A DNA stretch of 64,000 bases. Origin: Clostridia bacterium. GTDB lineage: Bacteria; Bacillota; Clostridia; UMGS1883. Of this stretch, positions 16,827 to 27,830 are shown piece by piece. The translations under genes were made by a program, and so were the position numbers. The first letter of the stretch is position 1; each line of letters opens with the position of its first letter. Where the stretch lies: NCBI GenBank assembly GCA_045638945.1, contig JAZUCF010000018.1, positions 1,954 through 65,953 of the forward strand, read 5' to 3'. A model generated the notes under the pieces. That model had not been told where the DNA came from and searched no databases. It saw only the letters and a program-made list of their open reading frames with translations.

Positions 16827-17276
16827 ATGAATATGTCAGATATTATAGAAAAAATGCTTTTGGATATGCTCAGGGAAGCCGACGGCACGGTGGAAATACA
16901 GAGAAATAACCTTGCTGGGGAGCTGAATTGTGTTCCCAGTCAGATAAATTATGTTATACAAACCCGTTTCACACCTGAACGCGGATATATAATTGAGAGC
17001 AGACGCGGCGGCGGAGGCGGTGTAAGAATCAGGACGGTAAAAACCGATAAAAGCACATACCCCATGCATATAGTAAATGCCGTGGGAAGCACTCTTTCCT
17101 ACCGCACGGCGGCGGTGTTTGTGCAGAATCTTCTGGACTATGAATGTATAACTTCCAGAGAAGCCCACATAATTTTAGGTGCGGTGAATGATAAAGTTCT
17201 TCCCTTTACTGCCGATGTAAGGGATGCCGTAAGGGCAAGAATTTTCAAAAGTATGGTAACTTCATTAATTCGCTGA
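16827..17276 (+). CDS. ctsR: Class III heat-shock repressor CtsR
   Basis: CVPSQINYVI, ESRRGGGG. Confidence 0.95.
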   Translation: MNMSDIIEKMLLDMLREADGTVEIQRNNLAGELNCVPSQINYVIQTRFTPERGYIIESRRGGGGGVRIRTVKTDKSTYPMHIVNAVGSTLSYRTAAVFVQNLLDYECITSREAHIILGAVNDKVLPFTADVRDAVRARIFKSMVTSLIR

Positions 17277-17293
17277 CAGGAGGAATTTTAATT

Positions 17294-17764
17294 ATGTTAT
17301 GTGAAAAATGCGGAAAAAGAAATGCAACAGTGCTGTATACACAAATAGTAAACGGAAAGAAAAGCTCTCTCAATATATGCTCGGCGTGTGCATCGGGAGA
17401 ATCGCTTTTTGATAACTTCGGCTCTCTCCTTTCTTTCGGGGGCAGAAGCGAAAGTACATCTTCCTGCCCTGTCTGCGGTATGACCGCGGCGGAGCTTGCG
17501 AGAAAAGGCAGAATGGGATGCGGAAGCTGTTATGAAGCCTTTCGTATTCAGGCAAAATCAATGCTCAGGAAAATTCACGGGACATCTGTTCACGCTGTGG
17601 CAGAGGAAAAAGTTGAGGCAGAGGAAATTAAGAAAGAAGAGCCTATTAAAGAAAAAAGCGAGCTTGATATTTTAAAGGAAAATCTTGCAAAAGCCATTGC
17701 AGAGGAAAAATATGAAGAGGCTGCCGTAATCCGTGACCAAATTAAGAGCAAGGAGGGCAAGTGA
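17294..17764 (+). CDS. mcsA: McsA arginine kinase activator
   Basis: Four CxxC motifs and a C-terminal UVR (YEEAAVIRDQI). Confidence 0.92.
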   Translation: MLCEKCGKRNATVLYTQIVNGKKSSLNICSACASGESLFDNFGSLLSFGGRSESTSSCPVCGMTAAELARKGRMGCGSCYEAFRIQAKSMLRKIHGTSVHAVAEEKVEAEEIKKEEPIKEKSELDILKENLAKAIAEEKYEEAAVIRDQIKSKEGK

Positions 17765-17765
17765 T

Positions 17766-18770
17766 ATGAATAAAAATATAAACGAAACCGATATTGCCGT
17801 AACCACCAGAATACGGCTTGCCCGAAACATTAAAAAAACGCCTTATCCAAGGAAAATGTCGCCAATACAGGCGACGGAGCTTATAGAGAAAGTAAAAAGT
17901 GCTTTTGATAATTCGCCCATAAAGGACACCCTTAAAACATACGAAATATCAAAGCTTTCAGACCTTGAGAAGAAAGCCCTTATAGAAAAACATCTTATAA
18001 GTTCCGAGCTTTGTGCTTCAAAAGTGCCGTCTGTGGCAATAATAAGTAATGATGAAAAAATCAGCGTAATGGTAAACGAGGAGGACCACCTGAGGATACA
18101 GGTCTTTGCCGACGGGCTTGACGCACAGTCAGCGTATGACACGGCAAAAAAAATAGAAAAGCTTCTTTCGGAAAATCTCGATTTTGATTATGATGATGAG
18201 TTTGGTTATCTTACAAGCTGTCCCACCAATGCAGGTACAGGGCTTCGTGCTTCCGTAATGCTTCATCTCCCTGCTGTAAGTTCAGCACAACAGGTTAATC
18301 CCCTTTTAAAATGGGCGGCAAACCTCGGAATGACAGTAAGGGGACTTTATGGTGAGGGAAGCCGTGCAAGCGGAGCACTTTACCAGCTTTCCAATCAGAT
18401 TACAATGGGAGTATGCGAAGAAGACATCATAAACCGATTTACGGCGGCGGCGTGCAGCTTAATCAGTGAGGAAAGACGAATCAGTGCACAGCTTTTTGAA
18501 AATAATCCTTATGAAATAAAGGATAAATGTCTGCGTAGTCTCGGACTTCTCAAAAACGCTTACATGATTCCATCGTCGGAGGCAATGAATCTCGTTTCCA
18601 ATGTTTGCATGGGAGCAAATGCAGGCATAATTAAAAATATAGACTGTCAAAGTCTTAGAAAAGCCATGTTTTCTGCAATGCCTGCTACCTTAAGCACTCA
18701 TATGGAAAAGGCATTGCCTCAGGAACGTGACATAAAAAGAGCACAGATACTTCAAGATTCATTACAATAA
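17766..18770 (+). CDS. mcsB: Protein arginine kinase McsB
   Basis: TRIRLARN, VNEEDHLR, CPTNAGTGLRAS. Confidence 0.93.
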   Translation: MNKNINETDIAVTTRIRLARNIKKTPYPRKMSPIQATELIEKVKSAFDNSPIKDTLKTYEISKLSDLEKKALIEKHLISSELCASKVPSVAIISNDEKISVMVNEEDHLRIQVFADGLDAQSAYDTAKKIEKLLSENLDFDYDDEFGYLTSCPTNAGTGLRASVMLHLPAVSSAQQVNPLLKWAANLGMTVRGLYGEGSRASGALYQLSNQITMGVCEEDIINRFTAAACSLISEERRISAQLFENNPYEIKDKCLRSLGLLKNAYMIPSSEAMNLVSNVCMGANAGIIKNIDCQSLRKAMFSAMPATLSTHMEKALPQERDIKRAQILQDSLQ

Positions 18771-18778
18771 CAAGTCAA

Positions 18779-18880
18779 AAAGGGGACGGGGACATTTTTG
18801 TAAACCGTAGGTGTAACAAAAATTGACCCGTCCCCAAACGGAGCGGGTGTAACAAAAATTGACCCGTCCCGAAACAGAAA
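18779..18880 (+). repeat. Intergenic palindromic repeat, family B copy 2, with duplicated right arm
   Basis: GGTGTAACAAAAATTGACCCGTCCC at 18810-18834 and 18846-18870; left arm GGGGACGGGGACATTTTTGT. Confidence 0.85.
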
Positions 18881-18893
18881 GGGAGGATAAGTA

Positions 18894-21326
18894 ATGAGTA
18901 TAGAAAATAAATTCACACAAAAAGCCCAGAGAGCCATTGCTCTTTCTCAGGAATGTGCAAAAGAAACGGGCTGTAACTACATCGGCACGGAGCATCTTCT
19001 GTGCGGACTTCTGGATGAGGGAAGCGGATTTGCCGCAAAGTACCTGTCTGCACTGGGTGTTACTTCCCAGAAGCTCAGGGAGCAAATCTTAAAATATAAC
19101 AGCAATATTGACGGAGGAAGCCATTTTGCAGGGTTTACGCCCAGAACAAACCGCACCCTCCAGCAATCTATGGCAGAGGCACACAAAACAAACAGTCAGT
19201 ATATAGGAACGGAGCATATCCTTCTTGCCCTTGCAAGAGAGCGTGACAGTATCGCATTTAAAATACTTATGTCAATGGGTGCACCCAATAATCTTTACGA
19301 GGATATTTCGGAGCAGCTTTCGGGAGAAACGCCCGAAAGCGAAAAGCGTGCAGCAAAAAAAGGCGGTGATACGCCTACCCTTAACCAATTCGGACGTGAC
19401 CTTACCGAGCTTGCAAAGGCAGGAAAGTTCGACCCCGTAATCGGCAGACAAAAGGAAATAGAGCGTGTCATTCAGATTCTTTCACGCCGCACAAAAAACA
19501 ACCCCGTGCTTTTAGGCGAGCCGGGCGTGGGAAAAACCGCCGTTGCCGAAGGTCTTGCACAGGAGATTGCATCGGGAAATGTGCCTGAACTTCTTCGGGG
19601 AAAAAGGGTTGTGTCCCTTGACCTTTCGGGCGTTGTTGCAGGTGCAAAATACCGCGGAGAATTTGAAGAACGCCTGAAAAAAGCAATGGAAGAAATAATT
19701 AAGGCAGGCAACGTTATCCTTTTCATAGATGAAATGCATACTATAATAGGGGCAGGTGCTGCCGAAGGTGCTATTGATGCGGCAAATATATTAAAGCCCT
19801 CACTTGCAAGAGGAGAAATGCAGCTTATCGGAGCAACTACCCTCAACGAATACAGAAAATATGTGGAAAAGGATGCGGCTTTGGAAAGGCGTTTTCAGCC
19901 CGTGACAGTAGGAGAGCCGACCGTGGAGGAAACCATCGAGATTTTAAAAGGCATCCGCGAAAAATATGAAGCTCATCACGGCGTAAAAATTTCCGACAAA
20001 GCAATTGTTGCTGCGGCGAAAATGAGCAGCCGATATATTACCGACCGTTTTCTCCCCGATAAGGCAATTGACCTCGTTGATGAAGCGTGCAGCCGTGTAA
20101 GGCTTGGTGCCCTTACCGCTCCGCCCGAAATAAAGGAGCTTGAAAGCTCCATAGATGTCACTGCGGCAGAAAAGAAAGAAGCCATCAATGCACAGGATTT
20201 TGAAAAAGCGGCACTTCTGCGTGACAAAGAAAAGGAAATGCAGCAAAAGCTCGACTCTCTCAGGGATGAATGGAAGAATAAAAACGAGCAGTGCAAGGGA
20301 GAAATCGGTGAGGAGGACATTGCCGAAATAATTTCGGGCTGGACGGGAATCCCCGTGAAAAAGCTTGCCGAGGAGGAAAGCGAAAGGCTTCGCAATATGG
20401 AGGACATTCTCCACAGAAGAGTTATCGGACAGGAGGAAGCGGTAAGTGCCGTTTCAAAAGCAATCCGCCGAGGCAGAGTAGGGCTTAAAGACCCCAAACG
20501 CCCCATAGGCTCTTTCATATTCTTAGGGCCTACGGGTGTGGGAAAAACGGAGCTTTCAAAAGCTCTTACCGAGGCACTTTTCGGCGATGAGGACGCACTT
20601 ATCAGAATTGACATGTCCGAATATATGGAGAAGCATTCCGTTTCAAAAATGGTTGGCTCGCCTCCGGGATATGTAGGCTTTGACGAGGGCGGTCAGCTTA
20701 CCGAGAAAGTCCGCAGAAAGCCATACAGCGTAATTTTGTTTGACGAAATTGAAAAGGCACACCCCGATGTGTTTAATATTCTTCTTCAGATACTCGATGA
20801 CGGTCAGCTTACCGATAGCCAGGGAAGACGGGTGGATTTTAAAAACTGCGTTATAATTATGACGAGTAACGTAGGTGCGAGAAATATTTCCCAGCCCAAA
20901 TCACTGGGCTTTGCCTCGGCGGGCGAAACACGGGAGCAGGTTAATAAAAACATCAGAAACAACGTTACCGATGAGCTTAAAAAGATGTTCAGACCTGAAT
21001 TTCTAAACCGCGTTGATGATATTATCGTATTTTCACAGCTTTCCGAAGAAGAAATCGGAAAAATTGCTCTGGTGATGCTTGAGGGGCTTAAAAAACGCCT
21101 TGCACAAAATGAAATCACCGCAGATATTGATGAAAGTGCGGTGGCACTTTTAGCTAAGGAGGGCTTTGACCCCGTGTACGGAGCAAGACCGCTAAGACGT
21201 GCCATTACTTCAAAGGTTGAAGACCTCTTTGCACAGGAAATTCTCGACGGAAAAATACAAAACGGAGATAATGTTGTTATAAAAGCCGCAGACGGTGAGA
21301 TAATAATAGAGAAAAGTGAAAAATAA
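18894..21326 (+). CDS. clpC: ATP-dependent Clp protease ATPase ClpC
   Basis: Clp N repeats, GEPGVGKT and [11 protein letters not shown] middle domain, GARPLRR. Confidence 0.96.
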   Translation: MSIENKFTQKAQRAIALSQECAKETGCNYIGTEHLLCGLLDEGSGFAAKYLSALGVTSQKLREQILKYNSNIDGGSHFAGFTPRTNRTLQQSMAEAHKTNSQYIGTEHILLALARERDSIAFKILMSMGAPNNLYEDISEQLSGETPESEKRAAKKGGDTPTLNQFGRDLTELAKAGKFDPVIGRQKEIERVIQILSRRTKNNPVLLGEPGVGKTAVAEGLAQEIASGNVPELLRGKRVVSLDLSGVVAGAKYRGEFEERLKKAMEEIIKAGNVILFIDEMHTIIGAGAAEGAIDAANILKPSLARGEMQLIGATTLNEYRKYVEKDAALERRFQPVTVGEPTVEETIEILKGIREKYEAHHGVKISDKAIVAAAKMSSRYITDRFLPDKAIDLVDEACSRVRLGALTAPPEIKELESSIDVTAAEKKEAINAQDFEKAALLRDKEKEMQQKLDSLRDEWKNKNEQCKGEIGEEDIAEIISGWTGIPVKKLAEEESERLRNMEDILHRRVIGQEEAVSAVSKAIRRGRVGLKDPKRPIGSFIFLGPTGVGKTELSKALTEALFGDEDALIRIDMSEYMEKHSVSKMVGSPPGYVGFDEGGQLTEKVRRKPYSVILFDEIEKAHPDVFNILLQILDDGQLTDSQGRRVDFKNCVIIMTSNVGARNISQPKSLGFASAGETREQVNKNIRNNVTDELKKMFRPEFLNRVDDIIVFSQLSEEEIGKIALVMLEGLKKRLAQNEITADIDESAVALLAKEGFDPVYGARPLRRAITSKVEDLFAQEILDGKIQNGDNVVIKAADGEIIIEKSEK

Positions 21327-21332
21327 AACCAC

Positions 21333-21369
21333 TAAAGAAGCATCCCATTTGTTAAGGGATGCTTCTTTA
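21333..21369 (+). terminator. Intrinsic terminator of the clpC operon
   Basis: TAAAGAAGCATCCC / GGGATGCTTCTTTA. Confidence 0.75.
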
Positions 21370-21553
21370 AATCTGAAAAAACGGTAACTATTTCTTAAAA
21401 TTTGATAAGAACAATGATAAAAAACGCAATATTTATCCAAAATTTTGGTTTTAATGTACTTTTTTGCTTGAAATCGAAAATAAATTGTAGTAGTATAGAC
21501 TGGACAGGCTTTAAAATATAATATTCCCAATGGTGGGAACGGAGGAAACAGAT

Positions 21554-22672
21554 ATGGCAGAGATAAAAAAAATCGGTATATTAACCGGTGGCGGAGACTG
21601 CCCCGGACTTAACGCGGTAATTCGTGCCGTTGTAAAGACTGCTATTGTAAAATATGGTCTTGAGGTTGTTGGTATCAAAAAAGGCTACCACGGTCTTTAT
21701 CACAAGGATTTTATGCCTCTCACACTTGATAACGTTCAGGAAATCTTAGGTGAGGGCGGTACAATACTCAAGAGCTCAAATAAAGATAACCTTTTCAAAT
21801 ATCCCGTTCGCGATGAAAACGGCGAAATTGTGAAAAAGGACGGAAAAATCGTATACGAGGACGTTTCCGATGTGGCGGTAAATAACCTTCGTGAAGCAGG
21901 TATTGATGCTCTTTTTATTTTGGGTGGTGACGGTACGCTTACAAGCGGACGTGACTTTGCAAGAAAGGGCGTCAATGTTATTGGTATTCCCAAGACCATT
22001 GACAACGACCTTAACTGCACCGACTATACTTTTGGCTTTGATACAGCGGTAAACATTGTTTCCGATTCTCTTGACCGTCTCAGAACAACTGCAAAGAGCC
22101 ATGGAAGAATTATGGTTGCAGAGGTTATGGGAAGAGGAGCTGGATTCCTTACTCTCCATGGTGGTATAGCAGGTGCGGCTGACGTTATTCTTATCCCTGA
22201 AATTCCCTACAATATTCATAAGGTTGTACAGAAAATAAAAGACGATTTTAAAAAAGGCAAGGATTTTGCAATTGTTGCTGTTGCCGAGGGTGCAAAACCC
22301 AAGGACGGCGAGGCAGTAGTTCTCAAAGTTCGTGAAGACAGTCCCGACCCCATTCGTCTGGGTGGAATTGCAACTCTTCTTGCCGACCAGCTTGAAAATC
22401 TTTGCGATAACGAAGCACGTGCAACAATTCTTGGTCACGTTCAGCGTGGCGGCAGTACTTCTGCACATGACAGGGTGCTTTCTTCCCGCTACGGTTATGA
22501 AGCTGTTGAGCTTGCGATGCAGGGAAAATTCGGCAATATGGTTATTCTTAAAGGCGACACCATCAGCTATGCATCTCTTGAAGATGTTATCGGACAGGAA
22601 AACAAGCTTGTTGATCCCAACGGTGAAATCGTTCGTATGGCAAAGGCATTGGGTATTTGCTTCGGCGACTGA
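21554..22672 (+). CDS. pfkA: 6-phosphofructokinase, group III type, probably ATP-dependent
   Basis: TGGGDCPGLN, GGDGT (Gly at the donor position), PKTIDND, LGHVQRGG. Confidence 0.88.
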   Translation: MAEIKKIGILTGGGDCPGLNAVIRAVVKTAIVKYGLEVVGIKKGYHGLYHKDFMPLTLDNVQEILGEGGTILKSSNKDNLFKYPVRDENGEIVKKDGKIVYEDVSDVAVNNLREAGIDALFILGGDGTLTSGRDFARKGVNVIGIPKTIDNDLNCTDYTFGFDTAVNIVSDSLDRLRTTAKSHGRIMVAEVMGRGAGFLTLHGGIAGAADVILIPEIPYNIHKVVQKIKDDFKKGKDFAIVAVAEGAKPKDGEAVVLKVREDSPDPIRLGGIATLLADQLENLCDNEARATILGHVQRGGSTSAHDRVLSSRYGYEAVELAMQGKFGNMVILKGDTISYASLEDVIGQENKLVDPNGEIVRMAKALGICFGD

Positions 22673-22686
22673 TAAATTTTGATTAT

Positions 22687-22718
22687 AAAAAGCTATCGCA
22701 GCATTGTGATAGCTTTTT
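22687..22718 (+). terminator. Intrinsic terminator
   Basis: AAAAAGCTATC / GATAGCTTTTT. Confidence 0.7.
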
Positions 22719-22760
22719 GTTTGTGATATAATTAACAAAAAGAGAAAGGAAGTATCTGCC

Positions 22761-23753
22761 ATGACAATACGTGAACAAACCGAAAAAATTGAAAGGGAAA
22801 CCCTTTCTCCCTATGCGTGCCTTTCGGAAAAAACAAAGGGCAGAGCACAAAAGGCAGAGCTTTGCGATATGCGTACGGAATTTCAGCGTGACCGTGACAA
22901 AATCATTCATTCAAAATCTTTCCGTAGGTTAAAGCATAAAACTCAGGTATTTATTACTCCTGAGGGTGACCACTACAGGACGCGTCTTACCCATACATTG
23001 GAGGTTTCCCAGATTGCACGCACTATAGCCCGAAGCCTTCGTCTTAATGAGGATTTGGTGGAAGCAATGGCTATGGGGCACGATTTGGGGCATACGCCTT
23101 TCGGCCATGCAGGCGAAGCGGCTTTAAACGAGCTTTCTTCCATGGGCTTTCGCCACAGTGAGCAAAGCCTGAGAACCGTAGAGGTATTGGAAAACCTTAA
23201 CCTCACCTGGGAGGTAAAGGACGGAATATTAAACCACCCCGGCGATAATGAGGCAAGCACACTTGAGGGAAATATACTTAAAATTGCCGACAGAATCGCA
23301 TATATAAACCACGACATAGATGATGCCTGCCGGGGCGGTATCATAAACGAAAAGGATATCCCCGCAATCATTACCGATGTTCTGGGTGAAACACATTCTG
23401 AGAGAATAAACACGCTTATATGCGATGTTGTCCGGAATTCTTACGGAAAAAAAGAAATCCTCATGAGCCATGAGGTTGAAGAAGCAATGATTCGCCTGCG
23501 TAACTATATGTTTGATTTTGTATATGTAGGCTCCTCGGCAAAAAATGAGGAGAAAAAGGTTTTCGGCATTATAAAAGGGATTTTTGAATACTATATTGAA
23601 AACCCCGGCTCCCTCCCCCTTTATATTCAGGAAATCGCGTGGAAAGAGGGAATTGAAAGAGCCGTGTGCGACTATATCGCAGGAATGAGCGACCGCTTCG
23701 CAATTTATACGTATAACAATATATTTGTACCAAAATCATGGGAAAAATTATAA
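22761..23753 (+). CDS. dgt: dGTP triphosphohydrolase-like HD protein
   Basis: FQRDRD, RRLKHKTQV, RTRLTHTLEV, HDLGHTPFGHAGE. Confidence 0.93.
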   Translation: MTIREQTEKIERETLSPYACLSEKTKGRAQKAELCDMRTEFQRDRDKIIHSKSFRRLKHKTQVFITPEGDHYRTRLTHTLEVSQIARTIARSLRLNEDLVEAMAMGHDLGHTPFGHAGEAALNELSSMGFRHSEQSLRTVEVLENLNLTWEVKDGILNHPGDNEASTLEGNILKIADRIAYINHDIDDACRGGIINEKDIPAIITDVLGETHSERINTLICDVVRNSYGKKEILMSHEVEEAMIRLRNYMFDFVYVGSSAKNEEKKVFGIIKGIFEYYIENPGSLPLYIQEIAWKEGIERAVCDYIAGMSDRFAIYTYNNIFVPKSWEKL

Positions 23754-23787
23754 AAGTTTTCCATGGGCATGGAGAGCTTTCCATTTT

Positions 23788-23821
23788 AAAGCCCTTCTTT
23801 TGTAATCAAAAGAAGGGCTTT
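23788..23821. terminator. Bidirectional terminator between dgt and rsmI
   Basis: AAAGCCCTTCTTTTG / CAAAAGAAGGGCTTT. Confidence 0.75.
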
Positions 23822-23825
23822 GATC

Positions 23826-24665
23826 TTACCTTTTATACTCATTATATATATCCCGCTTGCTTACACCGCGGTCTTTTGCGGTCTTTTTCAGGGCTTCTTT
23901 TTCGTCTATACCCTGATTTATATACATTTCCACATGCTCGGAAACGGACATTTTCTGCCATGCGGCCTCCCTTTCCGCCTCTATATCCTCACTCTTTTTG
24001 CCCTCGATGACAATAACAAATTCACCGCGTGGGGGATTTTCCTCATATTTATTTATGGCATCGGAAATGGTTGTGCGGACAAATTCCTCGTGAATCTTGG
24101 TTATTTCTCGGCACAGGGCTATTCGCCTGTCGCCTAAGACTATCAGCATATCACGAAGTGTGGAAAGAAGCTTATGGGGTGCTTCGTAAAAAATCATAGT
24201 GCGTTGTTCTTCCGAAAGGGATTTAAGATGCTCCGTTCTGCCCCTTTTATTCACGGTAAGAAAGCCCTCAAATGTGAAGCGTTGTGTAGAAAATCCGCTT
24301 GAAATAAGGGCATTTATCCCTGCAACCGCACCGGGAACGGGAACAACGTCAATTTCCGCCTCTATACACATTTTCACCAAGTCCTCCCCGGGATCGCTTA
24401 CGGCAGGAGTGCCCGCGTCGCTTACAAGGGCAATGTTCTTTCCCTTTTTCATTTCGGAAATAAGGTACTCCCCTTTTTCCTTTTTATTATGCTCAAAGTA
24501 ACTGGTAAGGGGTTTTTCTATGTCAAGATGATTTAAAAGCCCCAGTGTTCTCCGTGTATCCTCCGCCGCAATAAGGTCAACACTTTTTAAGGTTTCCACG
24601 CATCTGTATGTAATATCCCCTAAGTTTCCTATGGGTGTGGCACATAAATATAATTTTCCGTTCAT
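23826..24665 (-). CDS. rsmI: 16S rRNA C1402 2'-O-methyltransferase
   Basis: ATPIGNLGDIT, AEDTR, SDAGTP, REITKIHEE. Confidence 0.95.
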   Translation of the reverse strand: MNGKLYLCATPIGNLGDITYRCVETLKSVDLIAAEDTRRTLGLLNHLDIEKPLTSYFEHNKKEKGEYLISEMKKGKNIALVSDAGTPAVSDPGEDLVKMCIEAEIDVVPVPGAVAGINALISSGFSTQRFTFEGFLTVNKRGRTEHLKSLSEEQRTMIFYEAPHKLLSTLRDMLIVLGDRRIALCREITKIHEEFVRTTISDAINKYEENPPRGEFVIVIEGKKSEDIEAEREAAWQKMSVSEHVEMYINQGIDEKEALKKTAKDRGVSKRDIYNEYKR

Positions 24666-24675
24666 AGTAAATTCC

Positions 24676-25395
24676 TCATTTTAATGATTGAATATAATTT
24701 CCGTCCCTGTCGTACATGAAAACAGCACTCTCAAGCTTCAGCTGGGGCTTTCCGTCAAGTGCACCCTCGACTAAAATCAGATTCGCCGCCTTTCCCTCAG
24801 AGGGGTACACCACGCTAAGGCGTTTCGGCTCAATTTTATATTTCCTGAAAGCAGATATGACGTCGCACATACGGTCAGCCCTATGCACCATAAAAAGCTT
24901 GCCCCCCGATTTAAGCACTGCCGCGGCACTTTTTACTACACCGTCTAAGGTGCAGGCAATTTCGTGGCGTGCTATGGCAAGGGCATCCTTGGGGTTTACG
25001 ATTCCTCCCCCTGCGTTCATATATGGCGGATTGCAGGTAACCGCATCAAAAACGTGCCTGCCGAAAAGCGTGGGGGCATCGTTAAGGTCTGCATTATGTA
25101 CGATTATCTTATCCGACAGATTATTAAGCTCCATCGTCCGCCTTGCCATATCGCTGACAGCGGGGACAATTTCCACCGCATCAATCTGTGATGGCTCCTG
25201 CATTCCCCACACAAGCACGGGGATAATGCCCGTTCCCGTACACATATCAAGCACCCTTGCCCCTTTTTTAAGCTTTACAAAACGGGAAAGAAGCACCGCA
25301 TCGCTTCCGAAACAAAAGCCGTCCTTATTTTGTATTATTTTATATCCTTTAAGACCTAAGTCCTCTACTTTTTCATTAGCTAAAACCAAATCCAT
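24676..25395 (-). CDS. tRNA1(Val) A37 N6-methyltransferase (YabB/TrmN6 family)
   Basis: FCFGSDAVLL, DMCTGTG, NPPY, ARHE; start trimmed to MDLVLANE. Confidence 0.88.
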   Translation of the reverse strand: MDLVLANEKVEDLGLKGYKIIQNKDGFCFGSDAVLLSRFVKLKKGARVLDMCTGTGIIPVLVWGMQEPSQIDAVEIVPAVSDMARRTMELNNLSDKIIVHNADLNDAPTLFGRHVFDAVTCNPPYMNAGGGIVNPKDALAIARHEIACTLDGVVKSAAAVLKSGGKLFMVHRADRMCDVISAFRKYKIEPKRLSVVYPSEGKAANLILVEGALDGKPQLKLESAVFMYDRDGNYIQSLK

Positions 25396-25465
25396 TTTCC
25401 TGCTCCTTTTGAGAAAGTAAAAGCCGCCGAAAAAATTCAGCGGCTTTTCTTTCTTAAATCTCCGA

Positions 25466-25639
25466 TTATTCAGCGGGGTTGGGAGCTGCAACAGGGCATA
25501 CACCTGCACAAGCACCGCACTCGATGCAAGCATCAGCGTCGATTTCGTACTTTCCGTCGCACTCTTTAATGCATTCTACGGGGCACTCGCCTGCGCAAGC
25601 ACCGCAACCGATGCACTCTTCGTTAATAATATAAGCCAT
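25466..25639 (-). CDS. 2[4Fe-4S] clostridial-type ferredoxin, 57 aa
   Basis: Read manually: MAYIINEECIGCGACAGECPVECIKECDGKYEIDADACIECGACAGVCPVAAPNPAE; GAGGTG RBS; downstream hairpin. Confidence 0.95.
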   Translation of the reverse strand: MAYIINEECIGCGACAGECPVECIKECDGKYEIDADACIECGACAGVCPVAAPNPAE

Positions 25640-25804
25640 TGTCTACACCTCTTTTACATAGATTCTACCTACATTGTAGCATAAAAATCATAAATTTCAA
25701 TAGTTTTTTTTGCTTTTATGCGGTTTTTGCTTGAATATGGCGGTTTTTTTATATATAATATAGGAAATAATGATATGATGGAGTAGTGTTTGGAAAGGGT
25801 GCTT

Positions 25805-26872
25805 ATGATGAAAACTTTGAAAAAAATTCTTAACCACATTTTTATTGACGGCCTCAGCGGTATGGCATACGGTCTTTTTGCCACGCTGATTGTCGGAACG
25901 ATTCTCACCCAGATAGGTTCTTTTCTGGGCGGAGAAATCGGCAATCTTTTTACAATAGGCGGAAAATTTGCCTCCCTGCTTACCGGCGGCGGAATCGGTG
26001 TGGGTGTAGCATATAAATTCGGTGCATCACAGCTTACAATGGTAAGCAGTGCCGTTACGGGTATGATTGGTGCATATGCCGGCAAAATACTAAACGGAAG
26101 TATTTTTGCGGGAAGTGCTTTTTCAATCGTTGCCCCCGGAGAGCCTTTGGGTGCTTTTATTGCGTCATACGTTGCCATTCTTATAGGAAAGCTTGTAAGC
26201 GGTACTACTAAAATAGATATATTGGTAACGCCTATCTGTTGTATTTTTTCAGGCACACTGGCGGCACTTCTGGTTGGCCCTCCCATTTCCGAGTTTATGA
26301 CGGAGCTTGGCGGTATGGTAAACTGGGGTACCGAGCAGAATCCTTTCATTATGGGAATCGTGGTAAGTGTTCTTATGGGAATGTTCCTCACTCTCCCCAT
26401 AAGCTCTGCTGCTATCGGCATAGTACTCGGGCTTGACGGCATTGCGGCAGGTGCGGCAACTGTTGGTTGCTGTGCCAACATGATTGGCTTCGCCGTGTGC
26501 AGCTACAGAGAAAATAAGGTGGGCGGTCTTTTCGCACAGGGACTGGGTACAAGCATGCTTCAGATTCCCAATATTGTCCGCCATCCTTTGATATGGCTCC
26601 CCTCTATCCTTACAAGTGCAATATTGGGCCCTGTATCCACAATGGTATTTAAAATGCAGAGTAACCCAACAGGAAGCGGTATGGGAACTGCAGGTCTTGT
26701 TGGACCTTTAATGAGCTTTGAAACAATGTCCTCTTACATGAGTGCTTCTACCGCACTGCTTTTAAATCTTCTTATGTACTTTATTCTTCCCGCAATTATT
26801 GCGTTGGGAATTTCCGAGGCAATGAGGAAGCTCAATTACATAAAATATGGACAGATGAAGCTTAATTTATGA
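25805..26872 (+). CDS. PTS EIIC-like membrane protein (PfoR/EIIC_2 family)
   Basis: LSGMAYGLFATL, LPISSAA, GLGTSMLQ, SGMGTAGLVG. Confidence 0.85.
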   Translation: MMKTLKKILNHIFIDGLSGMAYGLFATLIVGTILTQIGSFLGGEIGNLFTIGGKFASLLTGGGIGVGVAYKFGASQLTMVSSAVTGMIGAYAGKILNGSIFAGSAFSIVAPGEPLGAFIASYVAILIGKLVSGTTKIDILVTPICCIFSGTLAALLVGPPISEFMTELGGMVNWGTEQNPFIMGIVVSVLMGMFLTLPISSAAIGIVLGLDGIAAGAATVGCCANMIGFAVCSYRENKVGGLFAQGLGTSMLQIPNIVRHPLIWLPSILTSAILGPVSTMVFKMQSNPTGSGMGTAGLVGPLMSFETMSSYMSASTALLLNLLMYFILPAIIALGISEAMRKLNYIKYGQMKLNL

Positions 26873-27816
26873 TGAAAATAGGAAATGTATCTTTAAAAAA
26901 CAATATATTTCTTGCCCCTATGGCAGGGGTGACGGACCTTGCGTTCCGAATTATATGCGACCGCTTCGGGGCAGGTCTTTCCTACACGGAAATGGTCAGT
27001 GCAAAGGCACTTTCATTTTCCGATAAAAAAACAAACGCCCTTATGCAGACTGATAATCTCCCCACGGCGGTACAGCTTTTCGGAAGTGATGCCTCAATTA
27101 TGGCAGCAGCCGTGTGCGAGGTGGAAAAGCACGGACTTTTCACCGATATTAACATGGGCTGTCCTGCTCCCAAAATTGCAGGGAACGGTGAGGGAAGCGC
27201 CCTGATGCGTGACCTTGACAAAGCGGAAAAAATAATCGGCTCTGTATGCGATAAAGCCACAAAGCCCGTTACCGTGAAAATGCGAAGCGGTTGGGACAGC
27301 GAGCATATAAATGCCGTGGAGCTTGCACGCATTGCCCAAAGCTGCGGAGCGGCGGCGGTAACCGTACACGGAAGAACACGCGAGCAGTATTACAGTGGGA
27401 AAGCTGACAGGGGCGTTATCCGCAGAGTGTGCGAAGCGGTAACAATCCCCGTTATTGCAAACGGGGACATATTTTGTGCCGACGACGCGAAAAGTATGCT
27501 TTCCGAAACAGGTGCATCCGCCGTTATGATAGGCAGAGGCAGTCAGGGAAACCCGTGGATTTTCAGGCAGATAACAGAGCTTTTTGATGAGGGCGAGGTC
27601 AAAACCAACCCCACCCCCGAAGAAAGAATTTCCATGGCGATTGAGCATATTACCCTGCTATGCTCCCTTAAAGGAGAACACAGGGGCATTTTAGAGGCAA
27701 GAAAGCACGCCTCCTGGTATATAAAAGGGCTTAGCGGGGCGGCACAGCTTCGCAATAAGATTAATACAGCTACCCGACTTGAGGAAATGAGCAGTATCTT
27801 GCGGGAGCTTTTGTAA
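26869..27816 (+). CDS. dusB: tRNA dihydrouridine synthase B
   Basis: LAPMAGVTD, DINMGCP, VHGRT, ANGDI. Confidence 0.93.
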   Translation: MMKIGNVSLKNNIFLAPMAGVTDLAFRIICDRFGAGLSYTEMVSAKALSFSDKKTNALMQTDNLPTAVQLFGSDASIMAAAVCEVEKHGLFTDINMGCPAPKIAGNGEGSALMRDLDKAEKIIGSVCDKATKPVTVKMRSGWDSEHINAVELARIAQSCGAAAVTVHGRTREQYYSGKADRGVIRRVCEAVTIPVIANGDIFCADDAKSMLSETGASAVMIGRGSQGNPWIFRQITELFDEGEVKTNPTPEERISMAIEHITLLCSLKGEHRGILEARKHASWYIKGLSGAAQLRNKINTATRLEEMSSILRELL

Positions 27817-27830
27817 AGGAATGATTAAAA

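Noticed and set aside
18810-18870. Two 25-bp direct repeats as a mini-CRISPR
   Set aside because: Only two units with an 11-bp spacer and no cas genes; explained as a duplicated arm of family B
21776-22762. Long antisense ORFs (328 aa here; also 25669-26481, 38460-39338, 56984-57754)
   Set aside because: They lie opposite well-conserved genes, have no recognisable motifs, and are expected from codon bias
25396-25533. N-terminal extension of the tRNA methyltransferase ORF
   Set aside because: It overlaps the ferredoxin gene and its terminator; there is a good RBS before the ATG at 25395
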